This document shows positions 38,054-51,683 of a stretch of 64,000 nucleotides of DNA, in pieces (positions within the stretch are counted from its first letter, which is position 1; each line of letters starts with the position of its first letter). This DNA comes from Octopus sinensis. Lineage: Eukaryota. Below the pieces are notes generated by a model. It did not search any database. It saw only the letters and a list, made by a program, of their open reading frames with translations, and had not been told where the DNA came from. Location of the stretch: NCBI RefSeq assembly GCF_006345805.1, contig NC_043004.1:65162001-65226000 (forward strand), in the 5' to 3' direction. The translations under genes were made by a program, and so were the position numbers.

Positions 38054-38610
38054 TGCGAGCTGGCAGGAACGTTAGTGCGTCGGGCGAAATGCTTAGCGGT
38101 ATTTCGTCTGCTGCTACGTTCTGAGTTCAAATTCCGCCGAGGTCGGGCTCGATAAATTAAGTACCAGTTACGCACTGGGGTCGATGTAATCGACTTCCGC
38201 TTGTCTGTCCTTGTTTGTCCCCTCTGTGTTTGGCCCCTTGTGGGTAGAAAAGAAATAGGCATTTCGTCTGCCGCTACGTTATGAGTTCAAATTCCGCCGA
38301 GGTCAACTTTGCCTTTCATTCTTTAGGGGTCGATTAAATAAGTACCAGTTACGCACTGGGGTCGATATAATCGACTTAATCCGTTTGTCTGTCCTTGTTT
38401 GTCCTCTCTGTGTTTAGCCCCTTGTGAGTAGTAAAGAAATAGGTATTTCATCTGTCTTTACGATCTGAATTCAAATTCTGCCGAGGTCTACTTTGCCTTT
38501 CATCCTTTCGGGATAGATATATTATGTACCAGTTGCGCACTTGGGTCGATCTAATCGACTGGACCCCTTCCTTCCAAAAATATTTCGGGACTTGTGCCTA
38601 GAGTAGAAAA
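38054..38610 (+). mobile_element. SINE group A trimer
   Basis: Units start at 38054, 38258 and 38442 with the same junction. Unit 1 has an internal deletion. Confidence 0.85.
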
Positions 38611-39120
38611 AAAAATTTCTCAGAATTTAATATGCATTTATTTTCTGAAAAGTTATATTTAGAAGGAAAACCAAATTATGTACCAAAGTTACTTGCTGTA
38701 TTTTAATTCATTACAATTTCCTTTTCAGAGATGTATGTACGCTCGTGTGCGTGTATGTATGCATGAATGTATATATATATATATATATAGATGTGTGCGT
38801 ATGTTTGTGTTTGTATTGTGTGTATAAGTATGCAAATTTTTATCTGTGTTTATGAATGTAGGTATATATGTATGTGCGTATATATGTATCAATATGTCAT
38901 ATATGTGAGTGTGTGTATACATACATGCATATATATATGTGTGCGTATCCTCACACGCACTCACACACACTCACATGCACATGTTTGTGTGTATTTAGTC
39001 AAAGGTGATTTCGGTACCTTGAAAAGCAAAATGGCAAATATCTTGACAGTAAAAGAAAAATTAAAACGAAAGAAGTAGACAGTTAACGCAACGAAATAGA
39101 GGAGAGCAAGGAAACGTGTA

Positions 39121-39157
<37 letters not shown>

Positions 39158-39551
39158 CCTAATGCTGAAAAAATAAAAATAAAAATTAAATAAAACAAAG
39201 AGAGCAAGCCGAAAACAACTTCCGACATTGAAATGAAGGAAAGTGGAGTATATATCTGAGAGAGGAGAGAGAGAGAGAGAGTGAGGAAAGGGAAGAGGAT
39301 AAAGTGGTATGGAAGGTGGGGGGGGGGATTTAAGAGAGTGAAAATGAGCGAAAAAGAGGGAATGAAAGGGGAAATTACCGTTAAGGAAATGCGTTGCAGC
39401 AAATTAAATGAAATGCACAAAATTTATACATAATGGAAATATATGTACATATTACACGTATAAATCTGTATGTATATATACATATATATATTTATATAGT
39501 TATATATATACACACACATATATCTGCCTATGCATATTATATATATATATA

Positions 39552-39601
<50 letters not shown>

Positions 39602-39727
39602 TTAGATTTGTATACAATACATATATATATATATTATATATAATAATAATAATATGAGGGAATATTATTCCAAACTTACAGGGAAAAATTCGATTTAGAA
39701 ATATTAAATTAAATTTCCCAAAATATA

Positions 39728-39767
<40 letters not shown>

Positions 39768-39771
<4 letters not shown>

Positions 39772-40118
39772 TAGAAAAAGACCTTTTATCAATTCAATTC
39801 AATAATGAAAAATTAAATTATACCATCTAGAAAAAATTACATCTTATAGAAAGTTTAAATATAAGATAAAACTTACACCAATGATTAAGTAATGTGCAAA
39901 ATAATAAATAAAACCTATATATTTCGTAGAATAACTACACGTGTTTCGTGGCTATATTCTACCAAATATATACGTTTTAATTACGATTTTGCACATTACA
40001 CAATCATTGGTATCAGTTTTATCTTATATTTAATCTTTCTATAAGATGAATTGTTTTCTAGATCGTATAATTTAATTTTTTCATTAATGAATTGATGAAA
40101 GGTGTGTTTTTTTCAAAT
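39768..40118. repeat. Imperfect fold-back of about 350 bp within (TA)n
   Basis: Arms such as AAAGTTTAAATATAAGATAAAAC / GTTTTATCTTATATTTAATCTTT meet at about 39940-39948. Confidence 0.8.
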
Positions 40119-40149
40119 ATATATTATATATAAATAATAATAATATATA

Positions 40150-40368
40150 TACATGTGACCGCGTGTGAATCGTTGGCGATTTTTCCCGCCGTCTTCCGTT
40201 CCTTGGATCTTTCCTTTTCCTATGTTTCTGACGAAGAGCTCCACTCGAAACGCTAAATCCTCCTCCTTTCTTTCCTTTCCTGAGCGTCCAATAACACTAT
40301 ACTTGTTCCACTTCCTCACGTTGTTGTGTTTTCTCTTTGTGTTTTCATGCTAGGATTAACTATACATA

Positions 40369-40370
<2 letters not shown>
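40150..40370 (+). mobile_element. Short repeat in (TA)n carrying a hammerhead-like motif (40224-40258)
   Basis: GTTT CTGACGA A GAG-CTCCA-CTC GAAA CG CT AAAT. The CUGANGA box is canonical, and the U16.1 position is C. Confidence 0.6.
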
Positions 40371-40412
<42 letters not shown>

Positions 40413-40472
40413 AAGAGTGAAAAGGAACACACGAGTTGATATATATGAAAAAACATCTTGACTTGTTTTTTC

Positions 40473-40510
<38 letters not shown>

Positions 40511-40917
40511 GCATATGGGCGTATGAGTATGAGTGCGTGTGTATGTATGTGTGTAGACGTGCGTGTGCATGTATATGTTCAAAGTTAATGTAGATTGTAC
40601 GTATAATCGTGAACTAATTTCCAAGTTCCTACACCGGCCAACGATCACATGCATACATATATGCACATAGATGCATACATGGAGAGGCACATGGCCACAT
40701 ATTTACGTATGCGGAAGCATGAAACAATCTGGCTGTATGGTTTCTTTACAACATCGTTTCATGTTCGGTCTCACCTCGTATCAACTTGTGCAAGGGTCTC
40801 CTAATGGTCTTGAACTTCAAAATTTTTAATAGAATTCAGCTATTGGAAATTGCGCGCATTTCTTTATAAACACACACACACACACACGTACATATTTGTA
40901 TACACACACACACACAC

Positions 40918-40955
<38 letters not shown>

Positions 40956-41426
40956 TGTGTGTGTGTGTGCGTGCGTGCGTGTGTGTGTGTGTGCATGTGT
41001 GTGTGTGTGCATGTGTGTGTGTGTGCATGTGTATGTATGTATGTATATATATACTGGAGTCGATTTGGTCGACTAAGATCTTGAAGGTGCCGTCCCTCCG
41101 TGACCGCAATTCTTTGACCGAAACAATAAGGTAAAATGGTAAATGATGAAAAGTATATGTACACACATAGACACATACACACACACATGTATATATGTAT
41201 GTTTGCTTTACGATTTTCCCTGTCTTCCTAACGGGCCAATCACTCCCGCCGGCATCCGGGTCTTGAATTAATAGACGGATGTGAGTTTCTTGAATAAGAT
41301 CCTTTACCAAATGATAACAACAGAATCAAGTGGGTAAATGAATTTCATAATTAAACAGAGAGGGGGAACGAAAGAGAAGTAGGGAAGGGAGTTAAGGTAG
41401 AGCGGAATTGAGAATAGACGAGAGGG

Positions 41427-41698
41427 TTGTTTGTTCCGTCTCGAGCGGTACCTGGTTCATAAGGGCCAGCTTCATTGGCGTATAGGTTCCCAGCTTCATT
41501 GGCGTATAGGTTCCCCACCTGTACGGGACGCCGGTCCATTTCAAGTGAACTGGTGGAAAGAGAAAATAAAGGCGAAAGAGTCAGCAGAAGTTCGGTGTTT
41601 CGCTCATAAATACACACACATCGCCCGGTCTGAGATTCGAATCTGCGATCTCTCGACTGCGAGTCCGCTGCTCTAACAACTAGGCCATGTGCCTCCAT
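41427..41698 (-). mobile_element. SINE group C
   Basis: Reverse-complement homologue of 32237-32541, with a 24-bp tandem duplication at 41466-41513. Confidence 0.8.
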
Positions 41699-42002
41699 AG
41701 ACGAGAGCGTTAGTAACACAGAAGATTAAAATATAGAGAAGTGGAATGGAAGACAGAAAAAATTCTGACGAAATTTCTGTAGATTAATATATAAAAATAT
41801 ATATAAGATGGTTTTGATAGAAGATGATGAAAAAAAAAAAACATATAGAAAGAATCGGATAAAGACGATTTTCTGTGGAAAAAATGAAATAAAGATGATA
41901 TAGACAAAGAAGATTTTCAGTTTGTTTTCTTTTATGAATAACTGATTATCTATGGTTTGTATATGTGATTGAGAAAAATTATATACACATAAAACATATA
42001 TA

Positions 42003-42158
42003 GGCACGGGAGTGGCTGCGTGGTAAGAAGCTTCCTTCTCAACCACATGGTTCCGGGTCAAGTCTCACTGTGTGCCAAGTTGGGCAAGTGCCTTCTACTA
42101 TAGCCTTGGGCCAACTAAAGTCTTGAGTAGATTTGGTATACGGAAACTGAAAGAAGCC

Positions 42159-42190
<32 letters not shown>

Positions 42191-42375
42191 TATAGGCTTC
42201 TTGACAACTGATGTTGGTGTGTTTATGTCCCCGTAACTTAGCGGCTCGGCAAAAGAGCCCAATAGAATAAGTATAAGGCTTATAAAGAATAAGCCCTGGG
42301 GTCGATTTGCTCGACTAAAGGCGATGATCCAGCATAGACACAGACAAATTACTGAAACAAATAAAAGAATAAAGG
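42003..42375 (+). mobile_element. SINE group B
   Basis: The head GGCACGGGAGTGGCTGCGTGGTAAG, an internal (TA)n and the conserved tail are present. Confidence 0.85.
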
Positions 42376-42441
42376 AATATATACATGCATACGCAAACAC
42401 ACACACGCACATATGCTTGTATACATATATAGGAATAATAT

Positions 42442-42475
<34 letters not shown>

Positions 42476-42516
42476 ATATATAAAAATATATATATATATA
42501 AATATATATAAATACT

Positions 42517-42550
<34 letters not shown>

Positions 42551-42617
42551 AATATATATAAATATATATATATATAAATATATATAAATATATATATTAT
42601 ATAAAATATATATAAAT

Positions 42618-42656
<39 letters not shown>

Positions 42657-42673
42657 AATATATATATATATAA

Positions 42674-42730
<57 letters not shown>

Positions 42731-42934
42731 ACATCTGAAGGCATTTCTTCTTCTTCTTCTTCTTCTCTTCTTCTTTCTCTCCTTCTTCCTCCTCCTTCTC
42801 CTCCTCCTCCTCCTCTTCTTCTTCTTCCTCATCTTCCCCCCTCCTCTTCTTTTTTTCCTTCTTCTTCACATGCTGTTTTCAAATTCTGATGAAATCGACT
42901 TTGTCTCTCATCTTCTTCTTCCTCAATATAAGAA

Positions 42935-43385
42935 CCTGTTAAAAGTTGGTGGTGGGGGTAGTTTCGATGTAATCGACTCGTCCCCTCCCCCACAAATTTC
43001 AGGCGTTGTGCCTTTAGTTGAAGCTGTATTTTACCTGCTCCTCCGTTCTGGGTTCAAATTCCGCCGAGGTCGACATTGCTTTATATGTTTTCGGGGGTGG
43101 GGGTCAATATATTAAGTACCAGTGAAACACTGGGGTCGATCTAATCGACTATCCCACCCCATTCCAGCAAATTTCAGGCCTTGTGCCTATAGTAGAAAGG
43201 ATTATTATTATAAAACGGCAAACTGGTTGAATCCATAGCGTAGCGGTTAAAATACTCAGCAGCCTTACTTTCGGGATTTTGCATTGTGAGTTCAAATTCT
43301 ACCGATGTCTACTTTGTCTTCATAATTGTGGGGTCGATAAAATAAATACTACTTGAACTCTGTGGGGAATGTGTAACTGGATTCA
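42935..43385 (+). mobile_element. Group A SINE fragments in series
   Basis: Repeated GTCGATNTAATCGAC cores and CAAATTTCAGGC(C/G)TTGTGCC tails. Confidence 0.7.
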
Positions 43386-43484
43386 ACGATCTAGGTCAAA
43401 TTCGATTGTATATACTGACACATCGATTTATATAAAATAAATTTATAAAAAAAATTTGACTTTTAGATATATTCTTAGATAAGG

Positions 43485-43648
43485 GGCACAGGAGTGGGTA
43501 TGTGGTAAGAAGCTTGCTTACCAGCCACATGGATCTGGGTTCAAACCCACTGCGTGGCACCTTCGACAGAAGTTTTCTGCTATAACCACGTTTCGAACAA
43601 AGCCTTGTGAGTGGATTCGGTAAAAAGAAACTGAAAGAAGCCCGTCTC

Positions 43649-43684
<36 letters not shown>

Positions 43685-43870
43685 ATAAATATGTGTGTGC
43701 ATGTGTGTGTGTGTGTGTAAATATATGTGTGCATGTGTGTGTGTCTGTGCGTATGTCTGTGTATGTTCCCCTTCACTGTTTGAAAACCAGTATTGGGGTC
43801 GATATATTCGACTAAGAATTCTTGAAGGCGGTGCTCCAGCATGGCTGCAGTCAAATGTCTGGAGCAAAAT
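43485..43870 (+). mobile_element. SINE group B
   Basis: Head, internal (TG)n and tail GGCGGTGCTCCAGCATGGCTGCAGTCAAATG. Confidence 0.85.
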
Positions 43871-44439
43871 GTGTCTCTACTCTTAAAACGAAAATTACGC
43901 GTAGCGCGTTATTTGGTTGCCATTTCTAGTAATTGTAGCAACTATGGAGATGCTCCTTCGTTGAAAAGTTCACAAATTATTTAATACTGACTGATGCTAT
44001 GAAGAGAAACTATAATTTACCTTTATCCAGAGAGAGAAAAGTAGGTAAGTGTATCGACGTCCGTCTGTTAAAGATTTCATTACTGAGATAAAGTGAGGGC
44101 TCCATTGTCATCGAGAGGGATTTTTTCTTTGTTGTCTTCCATAAATATATCCTTTTATATCATGAATATGATTTAGTCGTAGACTATATCATAGCTGTGT
44201 AATCAGAGGCTTTCTTCTATTATCGATCTACCTAATTTATTGTATTCCCCCCCCCCCCTTATCGATCAACGGTATTTGTAGCGTTTATTACATCGGATTT
44301 TGTTCCAGTTATGACTGGTCTGCCATTGATCTGATCCCTTTTGTTGTCGTTCTCATATATTCCACATTTATCAATTGATGTGTCCTGACAAAAATATAAT
44401 ATATTCATTGCAGTCTTTCTGTTATCGCTCCATTTTGGT

Positions 44440-44471
<32 letters not shown>

Positions 44472-44544
44472 AAAGTTTGTGTATATATTTGTAAGTCTGT
44501 CTCTATTTCTCTCTATTCACACACGTATATATATATGTATACAT

Positions 44545-44583
<39 letters not shown>

Positions 44584-45676
44584 TACACCCATGCACGCAC
44601 GCTCACATACATATACGCAACATCGATTCGTCCCTGTTTCCGTCTCTATTCCTGTCCCTGTTTTCATTATCGAAACAGATCAATAGCAGCAATGGTTTCA
44701 TTACATCTGACTCGTTTTAAAATTATTTACTATATCGACCTACAACATTTATATTAAGTTTCATCTAATTGATTTAGTTTTAACTGACAGACTATTGATC
44801 CGCTTTAGTAGTATCCATTAGCAAAGAGAGAGAAATCAGAGATTGAACTTTGACAATTCTACAGTTATTTCTTAAACCATAGACTTTATAACACATGTAT
44901 GATAGCAATCTTTCTTATCAATGTTTCATCTGTAAGTTTTCTGTGTTAAGTAGAAACCTATACGCTATATGTTATGCTGTATTCATCGTACCACGTTTTA
45001 GCACATATCTATATGTGCTACGCTTTCCATCGAGTTGTCTTTTATATCAATATTTCGTTTTATTTGCTGCAATAAACTTCTATATTATGTAAAATGGACC
45101 TCCGTCGAATTCGTCCATGAGGACTCAGTTGTTCAGTCAGTTGAATTTTACGGTTTATGGAGTTGGCATATAATGATTTGAGCGTTCCACAATCAGGTGT
45201 GACCTGAGCGTATTTCTGAGATTGAATCACCGTGACACAGGCTGTTATAAGCCTCTGCTTTTAAATCGTAGCTACAAACCATTCAGCGGGTTTCCGCACA
45301 TTTCTTATCTATCCAGTTTCAATCACAAACGCTTGGCTTGACCCGAGGCAAAACCAATAGACACTCGCTCAAGATGGGATCAAACATCGGATTTTTCAAT
45401 TGCCTTGCGACTGTTCGACCATGCTGCTTGCACAACCTTAATTAAATGAAGGTGAGCTATATTCTCAACCCACCTACAAGAACCTATTGAGGGCAACATT
45501 TTCAAGTTGTATAGTCGTAAATTGTATGGTGGCTCTAAATGATCTCGAAACTAAAGCGTCTGAGTATTTTATCCGCCAAGCTATGGCTTCAACCTACTGT
45601 AAATAAAATATGTAGCTTCTTCTAAATGTGTTAATGTATTGAGTGTCGTTTTCTTTACTTTGTCAACTCACTCGTA

Positions 45677-45731
<55 letters not shown>

Positions 45732-46210
45732 GTGTGGTGTGTGTGTGTGTGTGTGTGTCAGTGTGTCTGTGCGTGTATTCTCATTATAATCAAAGATGTA
45801 AGACTACGATAGTTTCGAATTACAACAGATATTTTCAAGTGCAAAATGTAATTTGCACTTCAAGATACCATGATTACGTTGAGATGGTTGTCGGTCTACG
45901 TCTTAAAATTTATATAGCGATGCGTTTGTATCCTGTATTGAATAGCAAATGTAAAGATGGGTATTTCACTGGTGTATATATATATATATCGTTGCTGTTA
46001 TGTTAAAATGTCGTGTGTCCAAATGTGGCCAAATCCTATCAAAAGCCGATTCTTTTGGTCAAAGTATCGTATCTCCAGCTGCTTCAGATGCCAAGATAAC
46101 AAAAATTGTCAAAGTGTAGTTCAATGGTTTTGTTATGGAGTAGTGAAACTATATTTTTTGCTTTCTGACAAAGCAACGTTTTGGACTTACGACACTCTGC
46201 ATAATAGCAA

Positions 46211-46326
<116 letters not shown>

Positions 46327-46332
46327 TATATA

Positions 46333-46543
46333 AGGTGTGTGACCCTTCTGTCTGGCAGTCGCCATGATAGATCGTTAGCCACAACAAACATTTTTTCTCT
46401 CCTTGTTTTTTTTCTGTGTCCCTTTCTGTAGAAGAGCGTAGGCTCGAAACGTAAAAGACTTTTTCTATTCCTGAGCGTTATACTAATACATCTGTTTGTT
46501 TTGTACACCACCTGTCTTCGTCTTTTGTTTTTTCGTAAACTCT

Positions 46544-46548
<5 letters not shown>
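46333..46548 (+). mobile_element. Short repeat in (TA)n carrying a hammerhead-like motif (46422-46457)
   Basis: CTTT CTGTAGA A GAGC-GTAG-GCTC GAAA CG TA AAAG. All three stems can be drawn, and the core has A6->U. Confidence 0.65.
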
Positions 46549-46577
<29 letters not shown>

Positions 46578-46630
46578 AGAAATATTGAGTTTCTAAATCT
46601 CTCGTAGAGAGGTGTACGGTGGTGGAGCGA

Positions 46631-46911
46631 TATAATGGTTGTATACTATCAATCTAACAAGAACGTGACAGTGGGGGGTACACCACCGTTATATAGCCCT
46701 AGGAGGCATCGAACGCCTCTGACAGATTCGACACATTTTATCCTGTGTTCTTATATACACATATACACATGTCTCCCCTTCGTATGTGTATATAAGGACA
46801 CAGGATAAAAGTGTCGAAGCTGTCAGGAGGCGTTCGATGCCTCCTAGGGCTATATAACGGTGGTGTACCCCCCACTGTCACGTTCTTGTTAGATTGACAG
46901 TATACAACCAT

Positions 46912-46915
<4 letters not shown>
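46631..46915. repeat. Near-perfect fold-back (arms of about 133 bp, 19-nt loop) next to (TA)n
   Basis: TATAATGGTTGTATAC... / ...GTATACAACCATTATA. The loop is 46764-46782. Confidence 0.9.
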
Positions 46916-46942
<27 letters not shown>

Positions 46943-46945
46943 ATA

Positions 46946-46976
<31 letters not shown>

Positions 46977-46999
46977 CAGATAACCGAAGAGATGGTGTT

Positions 47000-47064
47000 G
47001 TGGATTTCCACTTCGGCATCTGAAACTCAGAGTTTTATCTTGACTACCGAGTAATGTAACATAT

Positions 47065-47107
<43 letters not shown>

Positions 47108-47954
47108 TGCTTGCGTGTGTTGGGTTCGTGTTTCTGCAATGAAGGCGAGGAAGGAGGCGAACAATAAGAGCGACAATAGTTGGAGGATAGGCAAGTGGGT
47201 TGGGGGTTTATTTGTTTAAAGCGTTTCTGCAATAATTTGGGAAGTAGTCATATAGAGTAATTGTTAGGAAGATATTTGAAAAGTGATCAATACATTTAAT
47301 TAGTTGTAAAAAGTTATTAACTAGTACAAGCTGCGTCTCAAGTAAACATTTTGTTACATAAGTGATTGTATAGCGTGGTATTCTATAGACGTGTCTTTAA
47401 ACACAATTTTGAAAGAAATGAATTTGGTTGAACGAAAACGTATAAGGGATACGTAGAATAAATTGTTGAAAAAATATTTATTGAAATAGAGACAAGTAAG
47501 TTTTGTACGAATATTTTTAAAAGAAAATACATTTGAAGGGATTAGTTAAAAAGAGGAAATTCAATACTTTAAGCAATACAAGTATTGAGATGTAGGGAGA
47601 AAGAGTGATATGTTTTTAATTAGGAAGTGGGAAAAATGATTGTATGGAAATAATTTAATATGTACATTACTCATGCAGCATAAATATCTGGATGAGAGCT
47701 GAAACCGGTTGGGATGGATCTTATCTAATGAATTAAACGGGGGAGTATTTGTGATAAGAAGATACGGATCAAAGGATAGGAATGAGGTGAATATATAGGC
47801 GGACGTATCTGGTGGGAGATACCCACGTCAGTTGCATTCGGAAGCTTTGCTGATGTCGAGGGTGACAACATTGCATTCAATAAATTTCTCCAAAGGTTAG
47901 CGTATACCCATGTATTTATGTTGACTGTACTGATGGTAATTAAAGGAAAGAGGA

Positions 47955-47986
<32 letters not shown>

Positions 47987-48900
47987 GAGAGAGGAGAGAG
48001 AGAAGGGAAGAGAGAGTTCCAAGATTTTACACACTGTCATTGTTAACGGATGCCTCTTTTACTTCAGAGATGTTAGACGTGAGTCTGGACAGCGAGATAG
48101 TTGACAGGATAGAAGAGGTCACTTTTCTTAAGAATGGGAAACATTGTAACATTTTCCTGCATCGAGGCAGAGGGTGAAAAAAATTTGTGTCTGTAGGGAC
48201 TGGATCTGTGAGTAATGGAAGAGACCTAATTGCAACGAAGTGAAATGACCGAATACACGTTCGCATTTAGCAAGTTTTTGATGTACGTATGCGACCGGAA
48301 ATGGTAAAATGGAGTAGAATTGGAGGCTTGCATCGGGTGTTTAGAGTAGAATTGACTGTGAAGGAGGAGAATAATGTTCTCAGGATCATCGTTTCTCTGA
48401 GGATTCTTCAAGGTTGGTGAAAATGTTTTGGCAAGAGGCCAAATGGCTCGACCCACAGTTTGGAAGACAGAATTGGTTGAAAGTTGTACTTTTCAGGAAG
48501 GGTATTGCGATTAGTGTCTTGGAGATGTTGTATTGTGGGTAAACGCCACCCAGTTCGGGAGTAGGTGAGTTTCCCCATTCTTTATAAATTTTGCTTCTTA
48601 ACTTAACAGCTTCTTTAGTTCTAGGAGTAAACAATTTGGGGGTACTCAAAACAATCGATTCCTGTGACAGAGATGTGTTGAGTCAGTTCACGAGGGAAGG
48701 TTACAGCTACACACTTTACTCTGTTGAAGCACACAACATACGCTAGGGTTATGGGGCGTATAAGCGGTAGAACTCCGGCTAGTTGGCTGGCTTGGAGCAC
48801 CCTAGGGTACGGAGCGTAGGTATTTCCCCGTGGAATGTAGGCATGCATTAAGATAGTAACAAACAGGTAGTGATCAGATGACTCAGCAGGGATTATACAC
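47000..48900 (-). mobile_element. Highly degenerate LINE-like remnant
   Basis: Minus-strand VVTLDISKA...FTSFLS at about 47770-47875 resembles the non-LTR RT motif LDISKAF, and short broken ORFs lie upstream. Boundaries are uncertain. Confidence 0.35.
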
Positions 48901-49101
48901 TTTTGTCTCTGGACGTGTGAGTATATTATATATATATATATAAAATATATATATATATATATAACACACATATGTATGTATTTTGTATGTAAGTATATAT
49001 ATATATATATTATATATATATATATAGATAGATAGATTTAGATAGATAGATATGTATGCATGTATAATATATACATATTAATATATACATATGTAAATGT
49101 A

Positions 49102-49149
<48 letters not shown>

Positions 49150-49280
49150 ATACATATATATTTATGCATTTAAATACACATATATATGCATATATGTAAA
49201 CACACGTATACACATATATATGAATAAATATATATGTATGTATATATATATACATATATACATACGTGCATATATGTGCG

Positions 49281-49311
<31 letters not shown>

Positions 49312-50014
49312 AACACGCATATCTATATGTTACATTTAGCTAATATTGGAACCGCCATATTTATTAATGGTTTAGTTTAGGATGATATATTACCTTATCT
49401 ATCGATCAATGAGCAGATGATGTAATCAATCAATAGATCTAGCAGCAATCAATTGCAACCTGAATCGATCGCAAATATATTTCAATAAAAACATTAAATT
49501 TAGTTTCATGAGCGCTAAAAGCTATTTATACTCCCAAAAGAATTAATTAAATTTTAACATAGAGATGACTTAATTAATAGCATGTGATAGTAACAGTTGG
49601 CGCTTTTCTGTTACATAAGCTAACGAAGGAGCCTCGGCTACGTCTTTGCTTAATATGCTAGAAAGAGCAGCTAAATAAAATCTTAAATCACCCGACTCGG
49701 CTAAAGGACAGACACGTCGGATTATATTGTTATAGATTTACGATATGATTGGATTGTTAAAGATGGAAGGACATTCAGTTTAGAATTTCTCCATCAAGGA
49801 TGAATTGGTGCGGAGGCTAAGCAACTACAGCAAGAGCAGCACGACCAGTAATTATTGTACAGAAACGAGGGCGCCTTGCTGAACTTCTGGTACAATTTCG
49901 GCTGCCGCGAATAGCGAATATTTGGATATCGTTCCTAGCTGAAACACATTAGCTTTGAGCCTATCAATAACAACCTTGTCGTTTGCGTTACCATCATCGT
50001 CAACCCCACTATTT

Positions 50015-50200
50015 TCTTCTTCTTCTTCTTCTTCTTCTTCTTCTTCTTCTTCTTCTTCTTCTTCTTCTTCTTCTTCTTCTTCTTCTCCTCCTCTTCTTCT
50101 TCTTCTTCTTCTTCTTCTTCTTCTTCTTCTTCTTCTTCTTCTTCTTCTTCTTCTTCTTCTTCGTCTTCGTCGTCATCATCATTATCATCATCATCATCAA
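50015..50200. repeat. (CTT)n microsatellite
   Basis: Direct reading. Confidence 0.95.
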
Positions 50201-50675
50201 ACCAGGTATATCACACATAAGGACAATATTATTTTCCTTTATTCTAAGCATGTAAGATATATTTACGTTCATTTATTTTCCATAAAATAAAAATCCTGTT
50301 TTATATACTGGCGTAAATAACTCGCAGATTTTCTAATGTAGGCTGTTTGTACAAATGATATTCCTTAAGTATTCAAACATGCCAACCACTTAACTACATC
50401 AGACGTATTATTGTAGATATTTCAGCAAAGCCTTAGTTTGTGTTTATTAGAAACAGCGATTCCGATCATATTTATTTCACAGGCTCAATGGAGAGGGAAG
50501 CTTCTGAAGTTTGGCGAACACATCATGAAGTGTGTTACATTGACATCCTTATTTTATTTGTGAATACCTAATAACGAGATGTATTTATATTTTGTTGGTG
50601 GCTTCAGCGTAATTTGTATATGGTGTGAACTGACAGCGTTAAATTTATTTTAGATTTACCAATATATATATATGC

Positions 50676-50676
50676 A

Positions 50677-50764
<88 letters not shown>

Positions 50765-50768
50765 CAAA

Positions 50769-50815
<47 letters not shown>
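50676..50815. repeat. (TATC)n microsatellite
   Basis: Direct reading. Confidence 0.95.
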
Positions 50816-51009
50816 ATATCTATTTTTGTGCATACACACACACACACACACACATATCAGTTTAGAGCAGCCTACAAAATAAAATACTTACCTTATGGAA
50901 AATAAACGAATGCAAATATATATATAATAAAATAAATAATATATATATATATATGCATATATACATACTTATATGTACATACCTATATATATATGTATAT
51001 GCACATGCA

Positions 51010-51600
51010 TATATGGGTACTAGTCGTCAAAAGAACGTGAACAACATGAAAAGCGAGAGCATGAAATAGCAAAAACATGGAAAACGAAATTTGTTTCGAA
51101 CAACGAGAGAAACAAATAGAGAGACGAGACAGGCAACATAAAGAACAATTCCTTCATCAGTTGTCCTCTGTTTTATCTATTCCGCTTTTCGAACGCTTGG
51201 GACAAGACGCGTTTTCGCTAAAACAGTTGTTCCCGTGAAGCAAATTACATAAAATTTGGGATTTTTGGCGGGTTAAAGTGGTAACAAAAAACAGGACAGT
51301 AAGAGTAAAACTGTAAAAACAAACGGTAAGGGAAGTGAGGCCATAACGAGGCAACGTGGTGAGCGCTGGAGAAACAAGCTTTGACAGGAGACAGGTAAAA
51401 GAAAGGAGAAGAAAGATAGAATGAGGGAAAGAGAGGGAGAGATAGAGAACGGTGAAGGAGGGCTGAGAAGAATTAGAGAAAGGGTGGAAGAGAAACAGAA
51501 AGAAAGAAGAAAAGAGGGAGAATAGAGATAGTGATAGGATAGTGATAGAAGTGTCACATCAGAATTAAGATAAAACTTACTTGGAAATGGATGCGTGGCG
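51010..51600 (-). mobile_element. Dispersed repeat with hammerhead-like half motifs (pLTR-like)
   Basis: It is homologous to 56849-57120. The minus strand has GAAAACGCGTC-TTGTCC (51199-51215) and GGACAA-CTGATGAAG (about 51152-51166). Confidence 0.55.
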
Positions 51601-51640
51601 TTCGATCATATAATAATATAAATGATATATAAATTATATA

Positions 51641-51683
<43 letters not shown>

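Noticed and set aside
38054-38610. Regularly spaced palindromic repeats suggestive of a CRISPR array
   Set aside because: They are tandem SINE units with no unique spacers, in a eukaryotic context.
44031-44044. Possible 14-nt micro-exon (CCTTTATCCAG| ... TAG|GTAAGT)
   Set aside because: It has splice-like signals only, with no anchoring exons. Similar isolated signals at 35871, 36261, 49800 and 63864 were also left out.
46796-46830. GACAC/GTGTC hairpin followed by GAAG-CTGTC as a hammerhead
   Set aside because: There is no CUGANGA box upstream, and GAAA is not intact in either arm.
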